Source: Candidatus Fimivivens sp.
Lineage (GTDB): Bacteria > Bacillota > Clostridia > Oscillospirales > Ruminococcaceae
Length of the DNA stretch: 64,000 nucleotides
Assembly: GCA_047974975.1 (NCBI GenBank)
Contig: JBKECV010000015.1
Coordinates: forward strand, 12,712 to 76,711
Direction: 5' to 3'
Both the position numbers and the translations under genes were made by a program. Positions 19,889-29,093 of the stretch are shown here, one piece after another. The notes beneath the pieces are model-generated. The model had not been told where the DNA came from and did not search any database. It saw only the letters and a list, made by a program, of their open reading frames with translations. How positions within the stretch are numbered: position 1 is the first letter of the stretch; the number at the start of each line of letters is the position of its first letter.

Positions 19889-20000
19889 CCGCACTAAAAA
19901 TGCACACATCTAGTCCCATTCAATCGCAAGGCAGCGGCACTTTAATCAAGCGTCGCTGCCACACGCGGTAATATTTGTAAGAAAGGAAAAAAGGTGGCCT

Positions 20001-20519
20001 ATGAAGGTTCTCAAATGGTTGGATGAAAGTTTGGAAGAAACGATTTTAGTTTTACTTTTGCTCATTATGTCGCTGGCTATGGGTGCGCAAATCATAGCGC
20101 GGTACATTTTTAATAGTCCACTCTCATGGTCTGAGGAACTTTCTCGTTTTTTGTTTGTGTGGTCAGGGTTCCTTAGTATCAGCTACTGTTTTAATAAACA
20201 AATATCCATTAAAATAGAGCAACTGGTCTCTTTCTTTCCGCAGAAAGTTGCAGCAGTTTTTAAAATTGTTGAAAAAACAATAATGTTGTTATTCTATATC
20301 TATATGGTTCCTTTTGCTTGGACCTATTTTAACAACGCGATCATGAGCGGCCAGCTGAGTCCGGCGATGCAGATACCGATGGCTTTTGTTTACATTGCGC
20401 CGCTGATAGGCTTTTTCTTGAGCATTATCCGGCTGATGCAAGGCGTTGTAGAAAAGTCTTTGGTATTTGTGCGCAGTGCGAAGGGGGAACCAGGTCAAGT
20501 GGAAGGAGGAGAATCATGA
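20001..20519 (+). CDS. dctQ: TRAP transporter small permease
   Basis: Four TM helices and ARYIFNSPLSWSEELSRFLFVW. Confidence 0.9.
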   Translation: MKVLKWLDESLEETILVLLLLIMSLAMGAQIIARYIFNSPLSWSEELSRFLFVWSGFLSISYCFNKQISIKIEQLVSFFPQKVAAVFKIVEKTIMLLFYIYMVPFAWTYFNNAIMSGQLSPAMQIPMAFVYIAPLIGFFLSIIRLMQGVVEKSLVFVRSAKGEPGQVEGGES

Positions 20520-21814
20520 CAGCCGTCGTTGTATTTACCACATTTTTTGTATTACTGATTATCTCTGTCCCCATTTCGTCCAGTATCGCCATTACGTCCA
20601 TTGTGCCGTCTCTGATACTGCCTAAGTTTCCGGCCGGTGGCACCTATTTGATTCGTGAGATGATCGGCGGCATCAATAGCTTTCCACTGCTTGCCATCCC
20701 CATGTTCATTTTTTCCGGCATTATTATGGCGCGTGGTGGTGTTTCCAAGAAACTTTTTAACTTTTTTACATACTTTCTGGGAAAAGTTCCTGCCGGGGTA
20801 CCCTGTGCGGTTATCATCACCTGTCTATTTTATGGTGCTATTTCCGGCTCCGCGCCGGCTACTGTTGCCGCTGTTGGCAGCATGACCGTGCCGGTATTGG
20901 TCAGCCTTGGTTATGATAAGAAGTTCTCAACCGCCGTGGTCGCCGTGTCAGGCAGCTTGGGCGTTATCATTCCACCGTCTATCCCATTTGTACTGTACTG
21001 CATGGCGTCCGGCGCGTCGGTAGGCCAGCTGTTTATAGCGGGTGTTGTCCCCGGATTTTTGATCGCATTTTGCCTGATGGGTTATGCGCTCGTTTATTGC
21101 CTGCGCAATGGCGAGGATAAAGCAAAGATTAATGAGGTTGTCGACGGTTTGCACAAGCAGGGGTTCATCAAAGTGTTTTTTGACAGCTTCTGGGCACTGA
21201 TGACACCGGTTATCATCTTAGGCAGTATCTATTCCGGCGTAGCATCGCCGACCGAGGCCGCAGTTTTATCGGTGTTCTATGCCTTGTTTATCAGCTTGTT
21301 TGTGTATAAAACGCTGAAGATTAACGAACTTTACAAAATTTTTGTAGAAAGTGTTCGTACCTATGCGCCGCTTTTATTCCTGCTCGCCGCGGCGACTGCC
21401 TTTGCACGCGTTTTGACCTTTCTCAAGGTGCCACAGCTTGTGAGCGCCGCAATCAGCGATACCTTTGGTGGCAACAAATTTTTCATTTTACTGGTTGTCA
21501 ATCTGTTTTTACTGATGGTGGGCATGGTCATGGACGGCGGTCCCGCAATTTTGATTCTCACGCCAATTCTGTTGCCGATTATGCAAACTGTTGGTGTGCA
21601 CCCATTACACTTTGGTGTTTTTTTGATCACAAACCTGGCAATCGGATTTGTAACGCCTCCCATAGGGATCAATCTGTTTGTGGCCAGCTCGATTACCGAC
21701 ATCCCTGTTATGGATGTGGCCAAGCATGCCATCCCCTTTATTTTGCTGTTCCTGTTGGCTTTGGCGCTTATTGTTGCTTTTCCGGCCATCAGTCTCGCGT
21801 TGGTGGGTATTTAA
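20516..21814 (+). CDS. dctM: TRAP transporter large permease
   Basis: FPLLAIPMF, ISGSAPAT, IIPPSIP, PTEAA and TPPIGINLFV. Confidence 0.93.
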   Translation: MTAVVVFTTFFVLLIISVPISSSIAITSIVPSLILPKFPAGGTYLIREMIGGINSFPLLAIPMFIFSGIIMARGGVSKKLFNFFTYFLGKVPAGVPCAVIITCLFYGAISGSAPATVAAVGSMTVPVLVSLGYDKKFSTAVVAVSGSLGVIIPPSIPFVLYCMASGASVGQLFIAGVVPGFLIAFCLMGYALVYCLRNGEDKAKINEVVDGLHKQGFIKVFFDSFWALMTPVIILGSIYSGVASPTEAAVLSVFYALFISLFVYKTLKINELYKIFVESVRTYAPLLFLLAAATAFARVLTFLKVPQLVSAAISDTFGGNKFFILLVVNLFLLMVGMVMDGGPAILILTPILLPIMQTVGVHPLHFGVFLITNLAIGFVTPPIGINLFVASSITDIPVMDVAKHAIPFILLFLLALALIVAFPAISLALVGI

Positions 21815-21867
21815 ATTTTGTTTCCCAAGAAGGGCAATGCCCTATTTTGAAAGGAGAAAGACCAACT

Positions 21868-22911
21868 ATGAAAAAGTATTCGAAACTGTTAGCACTCGCA
21901 CTTTCTATTGCCACTGCATTTTCTCTTACCGCTTGTGGTGCCAAATCCGCTTCCTCGGCAGCCTCTGCCGGCACATCTGATCAAGCAGGTGACAACATTG
22001 GGTCGTATTCATGGACACTTGGTATGGATAGCCCCAAGGACACGGTGACTTATTTCTACGGCGAAAAACTCTCTGAAGAGCTTGCGGCCCTTTCCGGTGG
22101 CAGGATGACCATCGATGTTTACACCGACGGCACCCTTGGCGGTGACGTTGCGCTTCTTGAAAGCTGCAAGGACGGCAGTGTCACCTTTGTTGTTCAGACC
22201 ACTGCACCGCAGGTAAGCTTTATCCCGGAGTTGGCTATATTCGACATGCCGGCGGTGTATCCTACCATCCAAGAATTCCGAGCCGTTTTTGATGATGCGG
22301 GCTTCATGGGTAAAATTGAAGGCTTCTATGATAATGCCGGCTATAAGCTGCTGGGTTATGCGGATCAAACTTTCCGTGTCATGTCCTCCAACAAAAAAAT
22401 TGAAAAATTTGACGATTTTTCCGGCGTCAAGATACGCACCATGGAAAATGCCAACCATATGGATTTTTGGAAAGCGCTTGGTGCGGCACCCACGCCTATG
22501 GCTTTTGGCGAGTTGTACACCGGTTTGCAGCAGGGCACTGTTGTCGCACAAGAAAATCCCTATGCGGTTATCGCGGCCAATAAGCTGTATGAGGTTCAGG
22601 ATTACATCATCCAGACCAACCATCTGCCCCATATTCTGTCGCTGATCATGAATCCTGCTGAGTACAATGCGCTCAATGATGAGGAGAAGGCACTTCTTGA
22701 TCAGGCTGTAGCGACTGCTACCGCTTATGCACATGAGCAGGCGGACAAGCTTGAAGCTGAAAAAACCAAGGTTATTGCCGAATCCGGAACCGAGGTTGTC
22801 CCGGTTTCCGCAGCGCTCTATGCTGAGATTAAAGCGGCTGCGCAGCCGATATACGATTCCGTTGCTGAAAAGGTCGGACAGGAGCTCGTCGACGCCTATC
22901 TCGGCAAGTAA
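21868..22911 (+). CDS. dctP: TRAP transporter substrate-binding lipoprotein
   Basis: Lipobox LTAC, carboxylate-binding KIRTM arginine, and ELYTGLQQG..QENP. Confidence 0.92.
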   Translation: MKKYSKLLALALSIATAFSLTACGAKSASSAASAGTSDQAGDNIGSYSWTLGMDSPKDTVTYFYGEKLSEELAALSGGRMTIDVYTDGTLGGDVALLESCKDGSVTFVVQTTAPQVSFIPELAIFDMPAVYPTIQEFRAVFDDAGFMGKIEGFYDNAGYKLLGYADQTFRVMSSNKKIEKFDDFSGVKIRTMENANHMDFWKALGAAPTPMAFGELYTGLQQGTVVAQENPYAVIAANKLYEVQDYIIQTNHLPHILSLIMNPAEYNALNDEEKALLDQAVATATAYAHEQADKLEAEKTKVIAESGTEVVPVSAALYAEIKAAAQPIYDSVAEKVGQELVDAYLGK

Positions 22912-22971
22912 AGAAAATAATATTCAGCGGGTGGCACGTTCGCCCGCTGAATCGTTAAAAGAGGGGTAACC

Positions 22972-23850
22972 ATGATTACTGTAGATACCAAGTTGATTGC
23001 CCTTATGGGGAATCCTTTACGCCAATCTTTTGCACCCAGAATGCAAAATGAGGCTTATCGCGCACTTGGATTGCCATTTTTCTACTTCCCACTGGAGGTG
23101 GGAAATGATCACCTCAAAGAAATGGTTGAGGCATTTCGCCACCTGAACAGCCCCGGCTTTGCCGTGACCAAACCCAATAAGATTAAGGTCATTGAGCACT
23201 TGGATGGCCTCGACGCGTTTGCCGAAAAAATGGGGGCCGTTAATACGGTGGTTAAGCAGGATGGCAAGCTGATCGGTTACAATACTGATGGGCCCGGATT
23301 TATCCGCTCGCTGACGCTTGAAACCGATTGCGATATCAAAGCCAGTACTTTTTTCATCTTTGGCGCCGGTGGCGTTGGCCGTGCAATTTGTTGTGCATTG
23401 GCATTTCACGGCGCAAAAGAGATTGTCATCGTCGATCGTTTTGATGCGGCGTCTAAAAGCCTGTCGGAGGACATTAACAGGCGCTTTGCACCCGTTGCCG
23501 GATGGATTTCCTTTGAGGAGAAATCGCAGTACGAAAAAGCTATCAGCCAATGCCATGTTGTGTTGAACTGCTCCGGCGTCGGGATGTATCCGCACGCAGA
23601 TGAAACACCGATAGACACCGCGCTGCTTCACGCGGGGCAGATCGCTTTTGACGCCACCTATAATCCGCTTAAAACGCGATTTTTACAAGAAGCGGAACAG
23701 GCGGGCTGTCGCATTCTCAACGGACTGGGTATGAGCATCCATCAGGGCGCCATTCAAGTGAAACTTTGGTCAGGATTGCCGGAACCGGTTGCGGCTATGA
23801 CCGAATCCATTAACAAGATTGTTGCCGAAATTCAGGCTAGCCAAAAATAA
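22972..23850 (+). CDS. Shikimate/quinate dehydrogenase family protein (YdiB/QDH-like)
   Basis: GNPLRQSFAPRMQN, VTKPNK, GAVNT, GYNTDG, GAGG and NGLGMSIHQG. Has VDR where NADP-type AroE has NRT. Confidence 0.9.
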   Translation: MITVDTKLIALMGNPLRQSFAPRMQNEAYRALGLPFFYFPLEVGNDHLKEMVEAFRHLNSPGFAVTKPNKIKVIEHLDGLDAFAEKMGAVNTVVKQDGKLIGYNTDGPGFIRSLTLETDCDIKASTFFIFGAGGVGRAICCALAFHGAKEIVIVDRFDAASKSLSEDINRRFAPVAGWISFEEKSQYEKAISQCHVVLNCSGVGMYPHADETPIDTALLHAGQIAFDATYNPLKTRFLQEAEQAGCRILNGLGMSIHQGAIQVKLWSGLPEPVAAMTESINKIVAEIQASQK

Positions 23851-23910
23851 CGCGGCATTGATCATCTGATTGCGCCAACCCCTTTTAATATTACAGCGCC
23901 TCTGGAAAGG

Positions 23911-24738
23911 ATGGTTGTGTTGAAACGAGAATATTCACTGGCGCATTTGACTGCGCTGCGCTGCCCGCCCCCTGAACTGGTCTACACCGCCAATCTGGCC
24001 GGCTACGATTATGTCAGTCCGCGCATTGTCAACCTCGGTGTGAAAGGGGAGTCCAACTATGACCTTGCATCGCAGCCTGAAATGCTTCGGGATACGATGC
24101 ACGCGATGGAGGATACCGGGATTCGCGTACACGATATCGAGCTGCTGCGAATTTTAGAGGATACCGATATCAAAAGATATACAGCAGCGATAGAAGTGGG
24201 TGCCCGCCTTGGCGCGCGTCATGTGCTCAGCAGCATATGGACGTCGAATAAGGAAATTTATATCGAAAAATTTGCACAGCTTTGTGATCTGGCCAAATCC
24301 TACGGTATGGGCGTGCAGCTTGAGTTTGTGACATGGGCCGATGTTGCAAATCTCGCGCAGGCCAAGGAAATATTGACGACGATTAATCGGGACAACGCCG
24401 GCATCATGTTGGATACACTGCATGCATACCGATCCCATGTTGCACCTGAAGCGTTGGATCATTGTCCAAAGAGCTGGTTTAAGTTTTGCCATATCTGCGA
24501 CGGTCCGGCTGATATTCCAACCGACAAGGAAGAGCTGCTCGTTGTTGGCCGCGATGGCCGCCATTATGTGGGTGAAGGTGCTATTAATATTGCCGATTAT
24601 GTGCGCCGCCTGCCGGATGATGTTGTATGCAGCATAGAGTTACCGCATTTAAAGCGAATTGGCATTTTGGGTGCTGTTGAACATGCGCGCCGCTGCATTG
24701 AATCGGCCAAGGCCTATTTTGTATCACATAATATGTAA
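23911..24738 (+). CDS. Sugar phosphate isomerase/epimerase-like TIM barrel (AP endonuclease 2 / IolE fold); start may be TTG at 23920
   Basis: Metal-ligand pattern LEF...DTLH...HICD...R...GEG...SIE. Confidence 0.82.
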   Translation: MVVLKREYSLAHLTALRCPPPELVYTANLAGYDYVSPRIVNLGVKGESNYDLASQPEMLRDTMHAMEDTGIRVHDIELLRILEDTDIKRYTAAIEVGARLGARHVLSSIWTSNKEIYIEKFAQLCDLAKSYGMGVQLEFVTWADVANLAQAKEILTTINRDNAGIMLDTLHAYRSHVAPEALDHCPKSWFKFCHICDGPADIPTDKEELLVVGRDGRHYVGEGAINIADYVRRLPDDVVCSIELPHLKRIGILGAVEHARRCIESAKAYFVSHNM

Positions 24739-24781
24739 GAACCTGCCAGACAAAGGGATATAGAGCGGGTTTTATTCAACC

Positions 24782-24821
24782 AAAAAGCAATGGCTGCCAT
24801 GGGATGTAGCCGTTGCTTTTT
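24782..24821. terminator. Bidirectional terminator ending the catabolic operon and the csp-like genes
   Basis: AAAAAGCAATGGCTGC...GTAGCCGTTGCTTTTT. Confidence 0.7.
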
Positions 24822-24899
24822 GCCATGGTGGGATTATTATAGCGCGCCGGTACGAAAAGGCCTGTTTATTAAAAAGGTTTTGAGGCGTCGTGGGCAATC

Positions 24900-26603
24900 T
24901 TATTCGGAAGCTATTTCGCGCATATAATAAAAAGATTGTATGAGATTTAAAGAGCCAAAACCCCACTGAGCGTTGGGGTAAGTCAGTTCATCGCTGCGGT
25001 CACATCCTCGTATTAAATAGGCGTTGATGGAAGACGTGCTAAATCCTAGGTTGTGTGCATCGATAATGGCCCATTGCATCATCAGTGCACAGGTGCCACA
25101 GGTGATGGCAGCTGCAATGCTGGTGCCGCTCATAACACTGTATCCCATTGGATAGATACTGCCGATTTGATAACCCGGCGCGACAAAATCCGGTGCGAGC
25201 GGTGCGATTGCTGTAGGCCCCCATGAGGAATAGGGATATAAAGAATTGCCGTCGGCATCGGTGGCGCCACAGCGCACGGAGCCCAGTCCGGTGGCGGGAT
25301 AAGTGATGGTATAGTAAGGGTCCGGAGTAAGAAACGCCACGTTGGGCGAAACAAAACCCGTTAACGGCAGCCAGGCGTGTATCGTTCCGTCAAGAATTAT
25401 TTCTCCATATACGGTGACAGTCCATATACCGGGGGTGGCATCGCGTATCTTAACGATGGTAACCTGATCACCACTGCCCTCAATTGGGAAGTGATAGGAG
25501 ATGGAAACTTCTGAGCGTTCCAATACAAGACGAGTGGTTAACGAGTAGGCAGCCTTAGCAGGTATGCGTTCAATCAGTTCGCCGGTAGGGGAGCGCAGCG
25601 AGACAGAAACGCGATCACTGATTTTATTGGTAATGAGCATGAAAATATTTCCCGCATCTTCACCTGCGCGAATTTCTATGTCCACTGGCCCTTTATCCGG
25701 CGGAAATTGTTTATAAAAATGGCGTTTACTTTGACTTTCATTTCCGGCCGATGTGCATATGCACATACCGGGGATGCTGCTGATTGTATACAAATACTCC
25801 TCACAGGGACTATAGCCGTCATGACTGTCATAATTTGAGCCCAGTCCAATGCATATGACGGCCGGGCGATTCATCTCGATTGCCTTTTGGACAATGTAAT
25901 CAACGCCCAGCATGAGAAAAGAAGCCTCGTAGGCATTTTCTTGCTCTTGAGGTACCATAAATCGATCGAGGTAAAAAGGATAAGCTTTTTTTAACTTCAC
26001 CATAATAATTTCGGCGTTAGGGGCAGCGCCAATGACGTCGTTCGAGGGGCTGGCAGCTGCAACTGATGCCAGAAAAGTACCATGCCCCACCTCATCTCGG
26101 TGTGGCACAATTTCATAAGGATTGTCTGAAGCCAGTGCGGCATTTATTTGTTCGTTGTTATATTCTGTTCCAAGCGGCAGAGAACCGTTTTGCGGTGCGC
26201 CGGGAATTGTTTGGTCGTAGATATACCGGATCCTACTGGTACCATCCTCGCGTTTAAAAACTGCTTGCGTATAGTCGATTCCGGTATCTACAAAGCCGAT
26301 GATGACTCCTGTGCCATCTAGATTAAGATAGGGGTGTTGCTGTACCTGAAGAATACCGGAGGACTCCAGGCTGGAACGGATGGTAAGTCCCAAAACCGTT
26401 GGGATGCTGTTTATATAATCGATACCCATGTAGGATTTCATTTCGTTGTAATCTTCAATTTTGGCAAAACACAGAATATAGGTGCCTTGAATGGTATAGC
26501 TTGCAATGAGGCCGGGATGATTTAAAATCATATGGTCATAATAAGCGTCCTTCCTGATTATAAAATCGACGATATCCGGTGCATACAAAGTGTCTTTATC
26601 CAA
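24900..26603 (-). CDS. S8 subtilisin-like protease, Csp (spore germination protease) type
   Basis: Triad motifs VDTGID, HGTFLAS and SGTSIAA, plus AGNE. TTG start after AAAGGAG. Confidence 0.88.
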   Translation of the reverse strand: MDKDTLYAPDIVDFIIRKDAYYDHMILNHPGLIASYTIQGTYILCFAKIEDYNEMKSYMGIDYINSIPTVLGLTIRSSLESSGILQVQQHPYLNLDGTGVIIGFVDTGIDYTQAVFKREDGTSRIRYIYDQTIPGAPQNGSLPLGTEYNNEQINAALASDNPYEIVPHRDEVGHGTFLASVAAASPSNDVIGAAPNAEIIMVKLKKAYPFYLDRFMVPQEQENAYEASFLMLGVDYIVQKAIEMNRPAVICIGLGSNYDSHDGYSPCEEYLYTISSIPGMCICTSAGNESQSKRHFYKQFPPDKGPVDIEIRAGEDAGNIFMLITNKISDRVSVSLRSPTGELIERIPAKAAYSLTTRLVLERSEVSISYHFPIEGSGDQVTIVKIRDATPGIWTVTVYGEIILDGTIHAWLPLTGFVSPNVAFLTPDPYYTITYPATGLGSVRCGATDADGNSLYPYSSWGPTAIAPLAPDFVAPGYQIGSIYPMGYSVMSGTSIAAAITCGTCALMMQWAIIDAHNLGFSTSSINAYLIRGCDRSDELTYPNAQWGFGSLNLIQSFYYMREIASE

Positions 26604-26679
26604 AAAAGCGACTCCTTTCTCACGGTCCAAAGATCTGCTATAAGCGATTCTTAAAATGTAATTTTAGCAACGAGATATC

Positions 26680-28365
26680 TTACAGCTCACGCATATAATA
26701 GAAAGTCCGTGTCAAATTTAGCATACCGTATCCCCACTGATGATTGGGGTAAACGTTTAATTCATTTCGGTTGCAACCACGGATAAGATAAGCTTTTATT
26801 GTAGGGGTACAAAAACCAAAATCATGGCCTTTTACAATGCCCCATTGCATCAACAGTGCACTCGCGCCGACAGTGATAGCAGTGGCGCAACTGGTGCCGC
26901 TCATATAGCCAAACCCCGTAGGATATACACCGCTGACTCGGTAACCGGGCGCCAACAGGTCGGGGGATTCATTTTGTATTCTCGTCGGACCCCAAGAGGA
27001 CAGGGGATAAAGGATGTTGCGCACGCTGTTGTAGGCTCCGCAGCATATAGGACCCAGTCCGGTGGCTGGAAACGTGATGGTGTTATAAGGTGTGGCCGAT
27101 AAAAATTCGACATTCGGCGAAACAAAACCTGTCAAAGGAAGCCAAGCAAAGACAGAACCATCAATAATAAAATCCCCATAGGCCGTAATAGTCCACAGAC
27201 CGGGTGTGGCATTGAAAATTCTGACAATTGTCACTTGGTCACCGCTGCTGCTGACAGGAAAGATATAGGAGATGCTAACCTGTGACTCCTCCAGCACGAG
27301 TTTTGTCACCTGTGTAAGCAGCGGCTTGGCCGGTACGCGTTTTACCACTTCACCGGTGGGGGAGCGTACCGATATTGATATAATATCCGAGAGACGATTT
27401 GTGATGGTGATAAAAATATCTCCAGCATTTTGACCCACTTGAACATCAATGTCCATGGTTTTTTGATCAAGCGTAAAGCGATTGTGGTAATGATGCTTGG
27501 CCTGGCTCTCGTTGCCGGCTGCCACGCAGACACATACCCCTGGAATATTTGCGACATCAAACAGATAATTTTCCAGAGGACTGCTGCCGTCATGAATGTC
27601 ATAATTGGATCCAAGGCCGATACATATGACGACCGGACGCTGCAGTTGTTTTGCCTTTTTTATAATGTATTCCACACCTAAAATAATCGATGTCGATTCA
27701 AATGCATTTTGCTGCTCTTCTGGAATGACGAGCTGTTCGCGAATGAATGGATAAGCTTTTTTGAGTTTGACCATGATGATGGCTGCCTCCGGTGCAGCGC
27801 CGATAAAATCGTCATGGGCCGCGCCGGCTGCTGCTGAGGCTAAAAAAGTGCCATGCCCGACATCGTCGGTATGGGGCACAATGCTTTGGGGAGACACTGA
27901 GGCAAGTGCCGCGTTGATTTGTTCTTTGGTGAACTCCACACCGATTGGAAAGCCCTCCGGTGGCGTTCCGGGTATTGACTGGTCATAGATGAACTCTATT
28001 TTGCTGGTGCCATCGCTGTTTTTAAAGACATCTTTTGTATAATCGATTCCCGTATCCAAAAAACCGATCAGGACGCCTTGGCCTTTTAGGTCGAGATAAG
28101 GCTGCTGTTGAATCTGAGTAATGCCGGAGGCTTCCAACTCCGGGCGACCCAGAAGTCCCAGAACATTCGGCAAACCGGGTTCAGAGCCCATAAAACGAAG
28201 CATATCTCGATACCCATCCCGAGTTACGTAACAAACAGTATAGGTGTCGTTAATGGTGTGACTGGCGATAAAACCGGGATGCTCAAATATAAAGCGTTCA
28301 AAATAGGCCCCTGTTCTAATGAAAAAATCGACAACATTTTCAGAATACAAATCATCGTTATCCAA
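26680..28365 (-). CDS. S8 subtilisin-like protease, Csp type (tandem paralog)
   Basis: LDTGID, HGTFLAS and SGTSCAT. TTG start after GGGAGGTG. Confidence 0.88.
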   Translation of the reverse strand: MDNDDLYSENVVDFFIRTGAYFERFIFEHPGFIASHTINDTYTVCYVTRDGYRDMLRFMGSEPGLPNVLGLLGRPELEASGITQIQQQPYLDLKGQGVLIGFLDTGIDYTKDVFKNSDGTSKIEFIYDQSIPGTPPEGFPIGVEFTKEQINAALASVSPQSIVPHTDDVGHGTFLASAAAGAAHDDFIGAAPEAAIIMVKLKKAYPFIREQLVIPEEQQNAFESTSIILGVEYIIKKAKQLQRPVVICIGLGSNYDIHDGSSPLENYLFDVANIPGVCVCVAAGNESQAKHHYHNRFTLDQKTMDIDVQVGQNAGDIFITITNRLSDIISISVRSPTGEVVKRVPAKPLLTQVTKLVLEESQVSISYIFPVSSSGDQVTIVRIFNATPGLWTITAYGDFIIDGSVFAWLPLTGFVSPNVEFLSATPYNTITFPATGLGPICCGAYNSVRNILYPLSSWGPTRIQNESPDLLAPGYRVSGVYPTGFGYMSGTSCATAITVGASALLMQWGIVKGHDFGFCTPTIKAYLIRGCNRNELNVYPNHQWGYGMLNLTRTFYYMREL

Positions 28366-28517
28366 ACTTACACCTCCCGAAAATATGTTCAAGCACAGCA
28401 TTACCCAATACGAAAAGGGCGCACACAAGCGGACTGAATACATATTGCATTATATTTAAAGCGCATTAAAAATATGAAAAAGACGGTTTATATCCGGTGG
28501 TTTTTTAAAGGCATGCT

Positions 28518-28545
28518 AAAAGCCAGCGCCCAAAAGGCGCTGGCT
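28518..28545 (-). terminator. Terminator downstream of nifU
   Basis: Minus strand AGCCAGCGCC-loop-GGCGCTGGCT-TTT. Confidence 0.6.
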
Positions 28546-28612
28546 CCAAAATTGAGTTGTGTCAAAAATTCGGTGGATCATAATCGAATCACCGTGTCTG
28601 TATTGACAGGTG

Positions 28613-29062
28613 TTAGCTTTTTTCACAGGTCGCACAGTTTTCGCAGTGGTGCGGGTCATCGTCGATCTTGCCAACAATCGGCTCAGGATCGATGCCCTGT
28701 CTGCGGTAATAATCCGAAAGTGCGGCGCGCACGGCCTGCTCGGCCAGAACGGAACAATGCACCTTGACAGGTGGCAGTCCATCCAACGCGGAGATAACCG
28801 CTTTATTCGACAGTTGCAAGGCTTGGTCAAGTGTCTTGCCCTTGATCAGCTCGGTTGCTATCGAACTGGTTGCAATGGCGGCACCGCAGCCAAAAGTCTT
28901 GAATTTGACATCTTTGATGATGCCCTCGTCAATCTTTAAATACATTTTCATAATATCGCCACATACGGCGTTACCTACTTCGCCTACGCCATTTGCATCG
29001 GGCAACTCACCGACATTGCGCGGGTTGGAAAAATGGTCTAAAACCTTTTCAGAATACATCAT
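28613..29062 (-). CDS. nifU: Fe-S cluster scaffold, clostridial NifU/IscU type
   Basis: YSEKVLDHFSNPRNVG, CGD, FGCGAAIA and LPPVKVHCS. Confidence 0.93.
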   Translation of the reverse strand: MMYSEKVLDHFSNPRNVGELPDANGVGEVGNAVCGDIMKMYLKIDEGIIKDVKFKTFGCGAAIATSSIATELIKGKTLDQALQLSNKAVISALDGLPPVKVHCSVLAEQAVRAALSDYYRRQGIDPEPIVGKIDDDPHHCENCATCEKS

Positions 29063-29093
29063 AACTATACACACATCCTTATTTTTTGGAAGA

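Noticed and set aside
18065..23850. Biosynthetic ilvB and aroE
   Set aside because: Motifs deviate from AHAS and AroE, there are no ilv or aro neighbours, and the genes sit with an importer and an inducible regulator.
28366..28500. Sporulation sigma promoters upstream of the csp-like genes
   Set aside because: CATATTTT -10-like elements exist, but I found no correctly spaced -35.
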